DNA from: Candidatus Nealsonbacteria bacterium
Lineage (GTDB): Bacteria > Patescibacteriota > Minisyncoccia > Minisyncoccales > PWPS01
DNA length: 64,000 bases
Direction: 5' to 3'
Assembly: GCA_003555075.1 (NCBI GenBank)
Contig: PWHW01000006.1
Span: forward strand, 14,728-78,727
Both the position numbers and the translations under genes were made by a program. Positions within the stretch are counted from its first letter, which is position 1. Each line of letters begins with the position of its first letter. Shown here piece after piece: positions 26,284-35,587 of this stretch. A model generated the notes under the pieces. The model saw only the letters and a list, made by a program, of their open reading frames with translations. It was not told the DNA's origin and did no database searches.

Positions 26284-28356
26284 ATGCATATAGTACTCGT
26301 GGAGAGTCCCACTAAAACAAAGACTCTGGAAAAATTCTTGGGAAAGGAGTACAAAGTTCTTGCTTCCGGGGGACATGTGAGAGATCTCCCCAAAAGCAAG
26401 CTCGGAATAGATGTGGACAGCGATTTTGAACCCCAATATGTCATTCCTCCAAGGGCAAGAAAGAATATTAAAAATCTTAAGGAGGAAATAAAGAATGCCG
26501 ATACGGTCTATCTGGGAACCGATCCTGACAGAGAGGGAGAGGCCATTTCCTATCACCTTTTGCATGTTCTGGGGTTAAAAAACTATAAAAGAATTACCTT
26601 TAACGAGATAACCAAAAGCGCGGTAGAAGAAGCAACAAAGAGACCTAGGGATATCGATATGAATCTCGTGGATGCCCAGCAGGCAAGAAGAGTACTTGAT
26701 AGATTAGTGGGATATAAGCTATCTCCTTTCCTGTGGAAAAAGGTGACCAGAGGATTGTCGGCGGGAAGAGTGCAATCCGCCGCTCTTTGGATAGTCACCG
26801 AAAGAGAGAAGGAGATAGAGGCCTTCAAAAGCGAGGAATATTGGAGTATCAACGCTTTGCTTGACTCCAAGGAAGGAAGCTTTCAAGCCGAACTGAAAGA
26901 AAGGAACGGAGAAAAGATCGAAAAAGGGGATGTCAAGGGGCTTCCAAACAAAGAAGATGCCCAAAGAACAAAAAAAGATCTTGAAAAAGCAGGCTTTACC
27001 GTTAAATCAATAAAACAAAAAGAGAAAAAAAGAAGCCCGCTTCCCCCATTCACGACAAGCACTATGCAGCAAGAAGCTTTTAAGAGGCTTCGCTTCCCCT
27101 CCAAGGTAACAATGTACATAGCACAATCACTCTATGAGAAAGGACTCATAACATACCACCGAACGGACTCTCTTCATCTTTCCAAAGAAGCAAAAGATCT
27201 GGCAAAAGAATATATAGAAAGAAATTATGGAAAGAAATACTACAAAGAAAGAAGCTTCACGGCAAAAGGCAGATCGCAAGAAGCTCACGAAGCAATAAGA
27301 CCCACTTCACTTTCCGAAAAACAGGGGCTCAAAAGAGAGGAAGTTAAGTTGTACGACCTTATAAAAAGAAGGTTCTTGGCCTCCCTTATGAGTGAAGCCG
27401 TTTTCTACAGTACAAACATAGAAGTGGAGGCAAGAAACAAAAACGAATATCTTCTCTCAGCCAACGGCTCCATTATGCAATATGACGGGTTTATAAAGGT
27501 TTATCCCATTAAATTTCAAGAGAACGAACTTCCTCAAGTAAAAGAGAAAGAAAAATTGGAAGCAAAGGAGATAATGGCAAACCAGCATTTCACAAAGCCT
27601 CCGGCGAGATTTACGGAAGCAACTCTCATCAAAGAGCTCGAGAAGCACGGAATAGGCAGACCTTCCACTTATGTTCCCATTCTGTCAAGAATAGACGAAA
27701 AGAATTATACTGAAAAAGTGGACAAGAAATATCTGAAGCCCACTGAAATAGGAAGGATAGTGAGCGATCTTCTTGCAAATCACTTTCCCTTTATCACCGA
27801 TCTCAAGTTCACCGCCCATATGGAAGAGGATCTTGACAAAGTGGCAGAAGGTAAGAGAAAGTGGCAGAATGTGATAAGGGACTTTTATAAGGATTTTATA
27901 GAAACCCTTCAAAAAAAAGAAAAAGAATTAAAAAAAGAGGATCTTATGCAAGAGGAAACAAACGAAAAATGCGACAAGTGCGGAGGGGAAATGATAATAA
28001 GAATGGGAAAATACGGGAAATTCATGGCTTGCAAAAGCTTTCCCGAGTGCAAAAACACCAAACCGCTGGAAGAAGATGAGGAAGATACTCCCGAAGAAGA
28101 GATCACCTGTGACAAGTGTAACGCCAAGATGCAAATAAAAAAAAGTAAATTCGGTAAATTCTACGGCTGCACCAATTACCCTCAATGCAAAAACATAAAA
28201 TCTCTTGAGGGAGAGCTGGACATCAAGTGTCCCGACTGCAAGGAAGGGAATGTGGTAAAGAAAAAATCACGAAAAGGAAAGGATTTTTACGCCTGCGACC
28301 GTTATCCGGACTGCACCTTTACCTCAAGTAAGAAACCATCCTCTGAAGATGAATAA
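26284..28356 (+). CDS. topA: DNA topoisomerase I
   Basis: Toprim N-terminus MHIVLVESPTKTKTLEKFLG, active-site context ITYHRTDS, and C-terminal repeated CxxC...CxxC zinc ribbons. Confidence 0.95.
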   Translation: MHIVLVESPTKTKTLEKFLGKEYKVLASGGHVRDLPKSKLGIDVDSDFEPQYVIPPRARKNIKNLKEEIKNADTVYLGTDPDREGEAISYHLLHVLGLKNYKRITFNEITKSAVEEATKRPRDIDMNLVDAQQARRVLDRLVGYKLSPFLWKKVTRGLSAGRVQSAALWIVTEREKEIEAFKSEEYWSINALLDSKEGSFQAELKERNGEKIEKGDVKGLPNKEDAQRTKKDLEKAGFTVKSIKQKEKKRSPLPPFTTSTMQQEAFKRLRFPSKVTMYIAQSLYEKGLITYHRTDSLHLSKEAKDLAKEYIERNYGKKYYKERSFTAKGRSQEAHEAIRPTSLSEKQGLKREEVKLYDLIKRRFLASLMSEAVFYSTNIEVEARNKNEYLLSANGSIMQYDGFIKVYPIKFQENELPQVKEKEKLEAKEIMANQHFTKPPARFTEATLIKELEKHGIGRPSTYVPILSRIDEKNYTEKVDKKYLKPTEIGRIVSDLLANHFPFITDLKFTAHMEEDLDKVAEGKRKWQNVIRDFYKDFIETLQKKEKELKKEDLMQEETNEKCDKCGGEMIIRMGKYGKFMACKSFPECKNTKPLEEDEEDTPEEEITCDKCNAKMQIKKSKFGKFYGCTNYPQCKNIKSLEGELDIKCPDCKEGNVVKKKSRKGKDFYACDRYPDCTFTSSKKPSSEDE

Positions 28357-28358
28357 AA

Positions 28359-28384
28359 AAGGAGGTCTTTTATAAGACCTCCTT
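28359..28384. terminator. Hairpin between convergent topA and the GGDEF gene
   Basis: 11-bp stem AAGGAGGTCTT/AAGACCTCCTT with a 4-nt loop. It overlaps the last codons of the GGDEF gene. Confidence 0.6.
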
Positions 28385-28873
28385 GTTGCGCTTCTTATTT
28401 TCTTGCATAATAGCGCTTGCCTGCTTTACAAGGTCGGAAATATCCTTTTCTCCCTCATTCTCCACGATCCCACAAGAGAACTTGAGAAGGGGTAGCCTTT
28501 CCCGTGCCTCACTCTTGATCCTTTCTATGAGAACCTCCGCTTCCTTTGCTTTGGTCTGGGGCAATATCATAACAAACTCGTCTCCGCCCCAACGCACGAA
28601 AAGATCATCTTTTCTGGAACAGGATATTATTATGGACCCGAACTCCTTTAGGACTCTGTCTCCCTCTTGGTAACCGCGATTATCATTTATGTCCTTGAAA
28701 TTGTCTATGTCCATAAAGATTATGGACACATCGACATCCCTTCTTCCCTTCATGGCTCTGCGGTCATAAAGTCCCGTAAGGGAATCGCGAGACTCAATTC
28801 TGCTCAAAGTCTCTTCAATTCCCAAGTTCCTTGCAAGATTTATTATTTTAAAGAACTTTGATATTTTGCTCAC
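28370..28873 (-). CDS. Minimal stand-alone GGDEF diguanylate cyclase domain protein
   Basis: Motifs DSLTGLYDRRA, IFMDIDNFKDIND and RKDDLFVRWGGDEF (intact GGDEF plus an RxxD I-site 5 residues upstream). Only about 25 aa precede the domain. Confidence 0.85.
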   Translation of the reverse strand: MSKISKFFKIINLARNLGIEETLSRIESRDSLTGLYDRRAMKGRRDVDVSIIFMDIDNFKDINDNRGYQEGDRVLKEFGSIIISCSRKDDLFVRWGGDEFVMILPQTKAKEAEVLIERIKSEARERLPLLKFSCGIVENEGEKDISDLVKQASAIMQENKKRNKEVL

Positions 28874-28926
28874 TACAAAACACCTCCTTGTAAGTTCTTA
28901 ATTTATACCATAAAAATACTAAAGAA

Positions 28927-30102
28927 TCAAGAGGAAAATCTCTCTTTTTTTCTTTCCACCTCCGAGAGGTCCCCTTTTTCTATTCCCTCTCTTACATCTG
29001 CCATAAGATGAAGTATGAAATGGAGGTTGTGGACCATAAGAAGCATGATACCGTATATCTCTCTTCTTCTTGAGAGATGGTGCAAATAACCTTTGTGATA
29101 ATTAAGACACACTCGACAAGAACAATTCTCATCCAGAGGGCCTTTTGCATCTTTAAAGCGAGAAGATCTTATATTAACCCTTCCATGAGAAGAAAGAATG
29201 GTGCCATGGCGAGCAAAACGCGTGGGGATAACGCAATCAAAAAGATCGACTCCCCTTTTTACAGCCTCCACCAGATCCTCGGGTTCTCCTATCCCCAGAA
29301 GGTGCTTCGGTTTTTCCGGAGGAAGTTCCTCGGAGAGGAGGTCAAGGATGGAATACATATTCTCTTTGGAATCTCCAAAGGATTCACCGAAAGAACCCCC
29401 TATCCCGAATCCAAAAAAGGGAAGGGAAGATATGTATCTTGCCGAATTCTTGCGAAGATCCTCAAATCTCCCCCCTTGAACAATGCCCATCATTGCTTGA
29501 TGATCGTTCTTTAGGGTGTTGAGCGATCTCTCCGCCCAACGGTGAGTCCTTTCAAGGGAATCTTTTTGGTAATCATAGGAGTCCGCCGGAGAAGTGCATT
29601 CGTCAAAGGCAAAGATGATATCCGCTCCAAGGGCCTCTTGAGCCCTGATGGAATCCTCGGGAGTGATGCTTATGATGTCGCCATTGAAAGGAGATTTGAA
29701 CACCACCCCCTTTTCTTTTATTCTTACCATTCCTTCCTTTCTTTCCGTGCTACTGCTTGCCCCCTTGTGCGGGAGTTTTCCGGTACTTCTTCCCCATCCC
29801 GCTCCCAAGCTGAAAACTTGAAACCCGCCACTATCGGTCATAAGAGGATGATCCGTCCCCAAAAAACGATGAAGGCCACCAAAGCGCTCTACGGTCTCAT
29901 ATTCTTTACTACAATAAAAATGAAAAGTATTCACCATGAATATCTCCGCTCCCAATGCACTTGCCTCATCAAATCCCATCCCCTTGAGAGCGCCCTTCGT
30001 AGCGACCGGCACGAATGCCGGAGTATTTATCTTCCCGTGCGGAGTACTTAAAACCCCTCTACGCGCTTTTCCGTATTCCTTTTTTATTTCAAACCCAAAC
30101 AT
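28927..30102 (-). CDS. tgt: tRNA-guanine transglycosylase (queuine tRNA-ribosyltransferase)
   Basis: Motifs ARRGVLSTPHGKINTPAFVPV, TDSGGFQVFSLG and zinc site CSCRVCLNY...H. Start re-set to MFGFEI (ATG 30102) because the track start overlaps the upstream terminator. Confidence 0.9.
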   Translation of the reverse strand: MFGFEIKKEYGKARRGVLSTPHGKINTPAFVPVATKGALKGMGFDEASALGAEIFMVNTFHFYCSKEYETVERFGGLHRFLGTDHPLMTDSGGFQVFSLGAGWGRSTGKLPHKGASSSTERKEGMVRIKEKGVVFKSPFNGDIISITPEDSIRAQEALGADIIFAFDECTSPADSYDYQKDSLERTHRWAERSLNTLKNDHQAMMGIVQGGRFEDLRKNSARYISSLPFFGFGIGGSFGESFGDSKENMYSILDLLSEELPPEKPKHLLGIGEPEDLVEAVKRGVDLFDCVIPTRFARHGTILSSHGRVNIRSSRFKDAKGPLDENCSCRVCLNYHKGYLHHLSRRREIYGIMLLMVHNLHFILHLMADVREGIEKGDLSEVERKKERFSS

Positions 30103-30121
30103 GAGGGAAATTATACAATAA

Positions 30122-30157
30122 AAAGAAGAAAGAGGCACGATAAGTGCCTCTTTTTTT
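30122..30157 (-). terminator. Intrinsic terminator after the 80-aa membrane protein gene
   Basis: Stem GAGGCAC/GTGCCTC with a 5-nt loop, followed by the T-rich tail TTTCTTCTTTT on the minus strand. Confidence 0.65.
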
Positions 30158-30399
30158 CATTTTTCCTTTGAAACCAATCGCCAAGCACAAAAAAGTACTA
30201 CAATAAGGAGTAAAAAAACCGGTACATAGAAAGCCGCCGCCTTAAAGGCTTGAGCCAACGCCTCAACCAAGGAAGATGCCCAAGGCGGACGATTCCAGAA
30301 GTTCAATCCCGGCGGGCCGGTTATTGCTCCTCCAAGATAAATGACTATCACTATCAACGCTCTTCCTATTCTGCCGTTCAGATTCTTGATCTTTTCCAT
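30157..30399 (-). CDS. Small two-TM membrane protein, unknown function
   Basis: Start re-set to MEKIKN (ATG 30399), with AAAAGGAG 5 nt upstream. Two hydrophobic segments. Confidence 0.55.
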   Translation of the reverse strand: MEKIKNLNGRIGRALIVIVIYLGGAITGPPGLNFWNRPPWASSLVEALAQAFKAAAFYVPVFLLLIVVLFCAWRLVSKEK

Positions 30400-30519
30400 T
30401 CTTGCTCCTTTTCCCTCCAAGACATCATCCCTCCTTTTTTTTAGTACTTAAATTATAAAACAAAAAAGGTGTTTAGTCAACTAACACCTTTTTCCTTTAC
30501 TCCATAAAACCAAATAAGA

Positions 30520-30557
30520 TTGTACCTATATTCCACAATTGTGGAATATAGGTACAA
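30520..30557. repeat. Perfect 38-bp palindrome
   Basis: TTGTACCTATATTCCACAA|TTGTGGAATATAGGTACAA with no mismatch and no spacer. It lies 37 nt downstream of the rnr stop and about 120 nt upstream of the next minus-strand gene. Confidence 0.9.
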
Positions 30558-30593
30558 AATTGCTCTTATGTTTCTTGTGGGTTTGCTTTGGGT

Positions 30594-32456
30594 TTATTTT
30601 GCAAAAATAAAATCAAGACGTCTCGTTTCAATGCTCCCTCCTGCCAACTTAACCTTCAACTTATCTCCCAAAGCGTATCTCTTCTTCTTTCTTGTTCCTA
30701 TAAGAGCATAAGTTTCTTCATCAAGAACATAGTAATCATCATCCATCTCGCTTACGGATATCATTCCTTCCGCCTTGGTTTCAAGCTCTTGAACAAATAT
30801 TCCGGCATTGGTCACGCCCGATATGATGGCTTGAAATTCTTCTCCCACTCTTTCAAGCATATACTCCACTTGCTTATAGGCAATGGAAGCTCTTTCGGCA
30901 TCCAGCACATCAAGCTCCCTGTTTGATATCTCTTTTGCCACCTTGTTATATTTCTTGGCACTAACATCCTTTCCTTGAAGTTTCTTTTTTATTATCCGAT
31001 GCATCAAAAGGTCGGCATATCTTCTTATGGGAGAAGTAAAGTGCATGTACTCCTCAAGCGCAAGCCCGAAATGCTTCTTGTTCTCTATAGAATACATGGC
31101 TTTGGACATGGATTGAAGCACAGCTTTCTTTACCAAGAACTCCTCATCCTTTCCTCTTATCTTCTCAAAAAGTTCATTGAGCTCCGAAGAAGAAATGGTC
31201 TCGCCTTTCACCTCTATCTTGTAGCCAAATCCGGCGAGAAACGACAAGAGATTACTTATCATTTCCCGATCGGGAGGTTCATGAATCCTGTAAAGAGTGT
31301 TGAATCTTTTTGCAACCCTTCTGTTTGCAAGTACCATGAACTCCTCTATGAGATCATGGGTAAACAAGTGTTCTTTTTTAAAAACATAAAGGGGTCTTCC
31401 GTCGTGATCGAGATGAAAAAGAAGTTCCTCATCATCAATGACAAGAGCTCCTCTTTGCGTTCTCTCTTTCTTTAGATTCCCGGCCACTTTGGCAAGGCAA
31501 GACAATTCCTTTTGAAAGGGACCCTTCTTTTGATCCAGAATGTCTTGAGCTTCTTTATAATCAAATCTCTTTTGAGAACGAATAACGGTCTCTCCAAACC
31601 ATTCTTCCTCTATATCTCCATTTTCATTCATCTTAAAAACAGCTGAAAAAGCGGCTCTATCCTCATTCGGCCTCAGGCTGCAAATGTCATTGGAAAGATT
31701 TTCGGGAAGCATAGGAATGGTACGATCAACAAGATAAATAGAGAAAGCCCTTTCGCGTGCCTCTTGATCCAATTTACTCCCCTCCTCCACATAGTGAGAA
31801 ACATCTGCAATATGAATTCCTATCTCGTAGGACCCACCCTCCAGTTCCCTGAAAGAAAGAGCATCATCGAAGTCCTTCGCATCCTCCGGATCTATAGTAA
31901 AAGTGGGGATGCCTCGAAAATCTCTTCTTTTCTCGGGATGAAAAGGTTTCTTTGAGACCTTCTTTGCTTCCTTTTTGATCCCTTTGCCAAAATCCACAAA
32001 AAGCCCTTTTTCAAGGACGATAGAATGAAGCTCCGCTTCATTATCCCCCTTTTTTCCTATTTTTTTTATCACCCTTCCTTCCGGGTTCTTCTTTTGATCC
32101 TTCCAAGAAACAAGTTCTGCCAAAACTTTCTGCCCGTCCTCAACATTCCTGTCGGGTATAAAGAGGTCCTTGTACATCTTGGGATCGTCAGGAACAAGGA
32201 AAGCAAATCCTTTTCCTTTCTTTTTCTCAATAACTCCCACAAAGCGAGTTTTGGCTCTCTTTAAAACCTCAACCACCTTGCCGTGCTGTTTTTCACCTTT
32301 CTTGCGAGGAAGAAGTACTATCTCCACCTCATCTCCGTGAAGAGCGGTATTAAGAAGAGAAGAGTCTATTTTCACATCCTCTTCCAATTCATCACTCTTA
32401 AGATAACCCCATCCAAGGGAAGTGATGGTTATTATTCCTTTTATCCTGTTAGCCAT
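30594..32456 (-). CDS. rnr: Ribonuclease R (RNB-family 3'-5' exoribonuclease)
   Basis: N-terminal CSD-like region, RNB motif IDPEDAKDFDDALS and a C-terminal S1 domain (GVTNAGIFVQELETKAEGMISVSEM). Confidence 0.92.
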   Translation of the reverse strand: MANRIKGIITITSLGWGYLKSDELEEDVKIDSSLLNTALHGDEVEIVLLPRKKGEKQHGKVVEVLKRAKTRFVGVIEKKKGKGFAFLVPDDPKMYKDLFIPDRNVEDGQKVLAELVSWKDQKKNPEGRVIKKIGKKGDNEAELHSIVLEKGLFVDFGKGIKKEAKKVSKKPFHPEKRRDFRGIPTFTIDPEDAKDFDDALSFRELEGGSYEIGIHIADVSHYVEEGSKLDQEARERAFSIYLVDRTIPMLPENLSNDICSLRPNEDRAAFSAVFKMNENGDIEEEWFGETVIRSQKRFDYKEAQDILDQKKGPFQKELSCLAKVAGNLKKERTQRGALVIDDEELLFHLDHDGRPLYVFKKEHLFTHDLIEEFMVLANRRVAKRFNTLYRIHEPPDREMISNLLSFLAGFGYKIEVKGETISSSELNELFEKIRGKDEEFLVKKAVLQSMSKAMYSIENKKHFGLALEEYMHFTSPIRRYADLLMHRIIKKKLQGKDVSAKKYNKVAKEISNRELDVLDAERASIAYKQVEYMLERVGEEFQAIISGVTNAGIFVQELETKAEGMISVSEMDDDYYVLDEETYALIGTRKKKRYALGDKLKVKLAGGSIETRRLDFIFAK

Positions 32457-32607
32457 AATTCCTTTTGTCCTTTAAAAATTTTGAGCAATAAATGCAACAA
32501 ACTTCAACTAGAGTATAAAACAACTGTCTCTACAATCAAAAAAAGGAGTGTGAACCTCCTTTTTGGCCCAAAATGGAAACCCCCTCCCACAGAAGGGGAT
32601 CTCTTTT

Positions 32608-32802
32608 TTAGACGCGAGAAACGTTTGCGGCCTTCGGTCCTTTATTGGACGAAGCCATTTCGAAACTCACTTTATCCCCTACCTTGAGATCGTCAAATTC
32701 TACATCAACCAGATCATTGGAGTGAAAAAAAAGATCTTCCTCTCCTTCTCTTTTGATGAAGCCAAATCCTCTCTCGGTAAGTGTTTTGATTTCTCCTTCC
32801 AT
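32608..32802 (-). CDS. cspA: Cold-shock protein (CspA family)
   Basis: RNP1-like motif RGFGFIK and motif DLFFH; 64 aa. Confidence 0.92.
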   Translation of the reverse strand: MEGEIKTLTERGFGFIKREGEEDLFFHSNDLVDVEFDDLKVGDKVSFEMASSNKGPKAANVSRV

Positions 32803-32916
32803 TTAAGTGACTTTGTTATTTTTAAAAACTCGCTTCTTTAGCGAGGAAATGTGACAGAAACCGACCTCATTTCTCCACGCTGAAAAAAGAGTACACCAAA
32901 TCATTACTTTTGTCAA

Positions 32917-33555
32917 TTATAATCCCGTAAGAAGGGCTGAAACAACCCCCACAAGAAGGATCCCGTCGAAGATGCCTGCACCCCCGATCGACATTACCCC
33001 TCCTCTCTTTCTCATGATCCACGGGAGATGCAAGAGATCCGCTCCTATTATAACACCAAGAACCCCCGCACTAAATGCCACTTCTGCCGCCTGTTCGGGA
33101 GCAAGCATCAAAGAGAAAATTACAGCGAACAATACAGGAAGCAACATGGGTATCATTATTCCTCTTTTCTCAATAAAGCGAGCTCCCAAGAAAGAGAAGA
33201 AAGCCACCACTCCCGTGGTTATAAAAAGCTCTTTTAAAGGAAGTTCCGGCAAAAAATAACCCACTATCAAAAGAGGAATAAGCGCACCGCCAACATTTAT
33301 GGAAACTCCTTGCGCTCTCCATACTACTCGTTTTAACGCCCCAAAAAAAGAAGTTTCCACAACACGCACAAACCTTTTTCTGGTAAGTGGTATATTTATG
33401 AAGGATGTTATGAGCATGACAAGAAGGATGAGCAACATTCCTCCCGCCGAAAGATCCAAAAAACCGAGACCGAGATAAATAACAAGAAAAGCCGCGATGG
33501 CAGGCGCAAGAATTATGAAAAGAAGAAATAGAAGAATTAGATATAAGAAATACAT
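32917..33555 (-). CDS. Polytopic membrane protein, family not assignable by eye
   Basis: Five or six hydrophobic segments, with motif GVSINVGGALIPLLI. Contiguous with the upstream 201-aa gene. Confidence 0.6.
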   Translation of the reverse strand: MYFLYLILLFLLFIILAPAIAAFLVIYLGLGFLDLSAGGMLLILLVMLITSFINIPLTRKRFVRVVETSFFGALKRVVWRAQGVSINVGGALIPLLIVGYFLPELPLKELFITTGVVAFFSFLGARFIEKRGIMIPMLLPVLFAVIFSLMLAPEQAAEVAFSAGVLGVIIGADLLHLPWIMRKRGGVMSIGGAGIFDGILLVGVVSALLTGL

Positions 33556-33558
33556 TTT

Positions 33559-34164
33559 TTATTTCCAGGTTACCGTAAAACGATGAGACTCGCCTCCATC
33601 AGAGAGACGACACTTCTCTTCCTTGCAGTCCGTATCCCTTCCGGTAACAAAGAACATGAGTTGAGCAAAATAACCTTCCAAGTATCTACAATGAATAGGA
33701 TGCCCTACAAAATTGCAAAGATCTATAGTGGCCTTCCCTTGCTCTTCGTCAATAAGAACGCCGCGAATTTCACCCGAGCTCTTGTAGTACTTCTTCCAGG
33801 CGCGATCCGCATTCTCATAGAATTTTTTCACGGAAACAAGCAGTCTGCTTGCAAACCTCAAGAGAAAAGAGATCTTGGCCGAATCTCTCCCTATTTCTTT
33901 CACATCCTCATCATCGAGCTCAAAAACCCTCTTTTCCACAATGAGAAACGCAATATAGAAAGCAGTGGGAACCTCTTGAGTAGCTTTGAGACGAGAAAAA
34001 TTAACCTTATAACCCAGGTCCCTCATTTCCTTTTGCATTTTCTCTTTCCCTTCTTCTCCAAATCTTTTCTCAATTACCTTCAAGTGGTCCAGCACGCCCC
34101 GCGCAGAAAAACTGCCTTCGGTATTCTCTATGGATTCTTTATCTTTTTCACTTAAATTTATCAT
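33559..34164 (-). CDS. Cytoplasmic protein, possibly V4R-like small-molecule-binding domain
   Basis: C-terminal pattern HPIHCRYLEGYFAQLMFFVTG...CKEEKCRLSDGGESHRFTVTW resembles V4R/hydrocarbon-binding domains. This is a weak assignment. Confidence 0.35.
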   Translation of the reverse strand: MINLSEKDKESIENTEGSFSARGVLDHLKVIEKRFGEEGKEKMQKEMRDLGYKVNFSRLKATQEVPTAFYIAFLIVEKRVFELDDEDVKEIGRDSAKISFLLRFASRLLVSVKKFYENADRAWKKYYKSSGEIRGVLIDEEQGKATIDLCNFVGHPIHCRYLEGYFAQLMFFVTGRDTDCKEEKCRLSDGGESHRFTVTWK

Positions 34165-34252
34165 TTGTAAATAATCTAGTATGATTTTCCTTTTAAGGCA
34201 AATTATGTATCATTAGGAAAGACTATAAGAAAATATCAATATTCTTCTCTAT

Positions 34253-35554
34253 ATGGAAATAGCCACCATTATCATCGCCATCGGAGTTCTTATTTTTTTG
34301 GCCCATTTCTTCGGTTGGCTTTTCAGCTTTGTCAGGATCCCGGATGTTCTCATGCTTATGGCAATAGGAATTCTTCTCGGTCCGGTGCTAGGCGTAGTTT
34401 CGCCCGATTTCTTCGGGAGAGCCGGAGATGCGATAATAATGATCATACTGGTAATGATCCTTTTTGAAGGAGCCATAAAACTCAAATTCAGCCACCTCAA
34501 AAAGGCAATGCTTGGTACGATCACTTTGGGAATATCCAGCTTTCTCCTGACCACTGCCGGAGTAGGACTTCTTCTTTCCCAGCTTGTCAATTTTCCGCTC
34601 GTCCCCTCTTTCCTTATCGGAGCCATCTTGGGAAGTAATTCCACAGCCCTGGTCATTCCCTTTATAGAAAAACTACGCATAAAAGAAGAGTCACGCACCA
34701 CCCTGTTTTTAGAATCAAGCCTCAGCGATGTTTTCAGTATCGTACTTACTCTTGCTTTGATAGCTTCCATGGAGCTGGGAGTATTTCAGATGGAAACAGT
34801 GGTGCTCGATATAACCGCAAATCTTGCTTTAGCCACCATGTTGGGAGCATTCTTCGCTTTTGTGTGGTCGCTGGTCCTCAACAAGATACACAACATACAG
34901 AACTCGGTCTTTGCCACTCCGGCCTTTGTTTTCATAGTATTCGGAATAACGGAGATCCTGGGTTACAGCGGACTCGTGTCGGTAATAGCATTCGGAATAG
35001 TGCTCGGCAACATACCATTCCTTCTTTCTTCTTTGAGAGAGAACTACGGCACCTTGTATGACATGTTCCGCCCAAAACCACTTTCCAGTAGAGAACTTTC
35101 CTTTTTCTCGGAAATGGTCTTTATCATAAAGGTGTTCTTCTTTCTTTTTATAGGAATATCCCTCAATTTTGAGGACACCTCCATTCTCCTTCTTGCCCTT
35201 TTCTTGGGAATACTAATTTTCCTACTCCGTCTCATTGCGGTACTGTTTAGCATTCCCCGTTCAACGCCGAAATTTGATGCATCCATCATGTCCGTTACCG
35301 CTCCAAGAGGACTCGCTCCGGCGGTATTGGCACTTATACCCATACAAAAAGGTCTTGAAGGAGGAGAACTGATACAAGATATAACCTACGCGGTCATATT
35401 CTTTTCAATATTCTTCACCTCTCTTCTCATTTTCCTGCTCTATAACACAAGAACAAGAAAGGTGTATGAACTTCTTTTGCCAAATTTCGCCGACAATCCT
35501 CGAAACAATACCAAGGAATATCCAGGTAAAGAAAAAGAAATTCCCGCCCCATAA
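34253..35554 (+). CDS. Cation:proton antiporter (Na+/H+ exchanger family)
   Basis: About 11-12 TM segments, with N-terminal motif RIPDVLMLMAIGILLGPVLG typical of CPA transporters. Confidence 0.8.
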   Translation: MEIATIIIAIGVLIFLAHFFGWLFSFVRIPDVLMLMAIGILLGPVLGVVSPDFFGRAGDAIIMIILVMILFEGAIKLKFSHLKKAMLGTITLGISSFLLTTAGVGLLLSQLVNFPLVPSFLIGAILGSNSTALVIPFIEKLRIKEESRTTLFLESSLSDVFSIVLTLALIASMELGVFQMETVVLDITANLALATMLGAFFAFVWSLVLNKIHNIQNSVFATPAFVFIVFGITEILGYSGLVSVIAFGIVLGNIPFLLSSLRENYGTLYDMFRPKPLSSRELSFFSEMVFIIKVFFFLFIGISLNFEDTSILLLALFLGILIFLLRLIAVLFSIPRSTPKFDASIMSVTAPRGLAPAVLALIPIQKGLEGGELIQDITYAVIFFSIFFTSLLIFLLYNTRTRKVYELLLPNFADNPRNNTKEYPGKEKEIPAP

Positions 35555-35587
35555 GAAGGGTGGGAATTAAAAAGGAGACCACGATCT

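Noticed and set aside
34249-34770. A 173-aa minus-strand ORF opposite the first antiporter gene.
   Set aside because: It is antisense to a clear polytopic transporter frame and has no translation signals.
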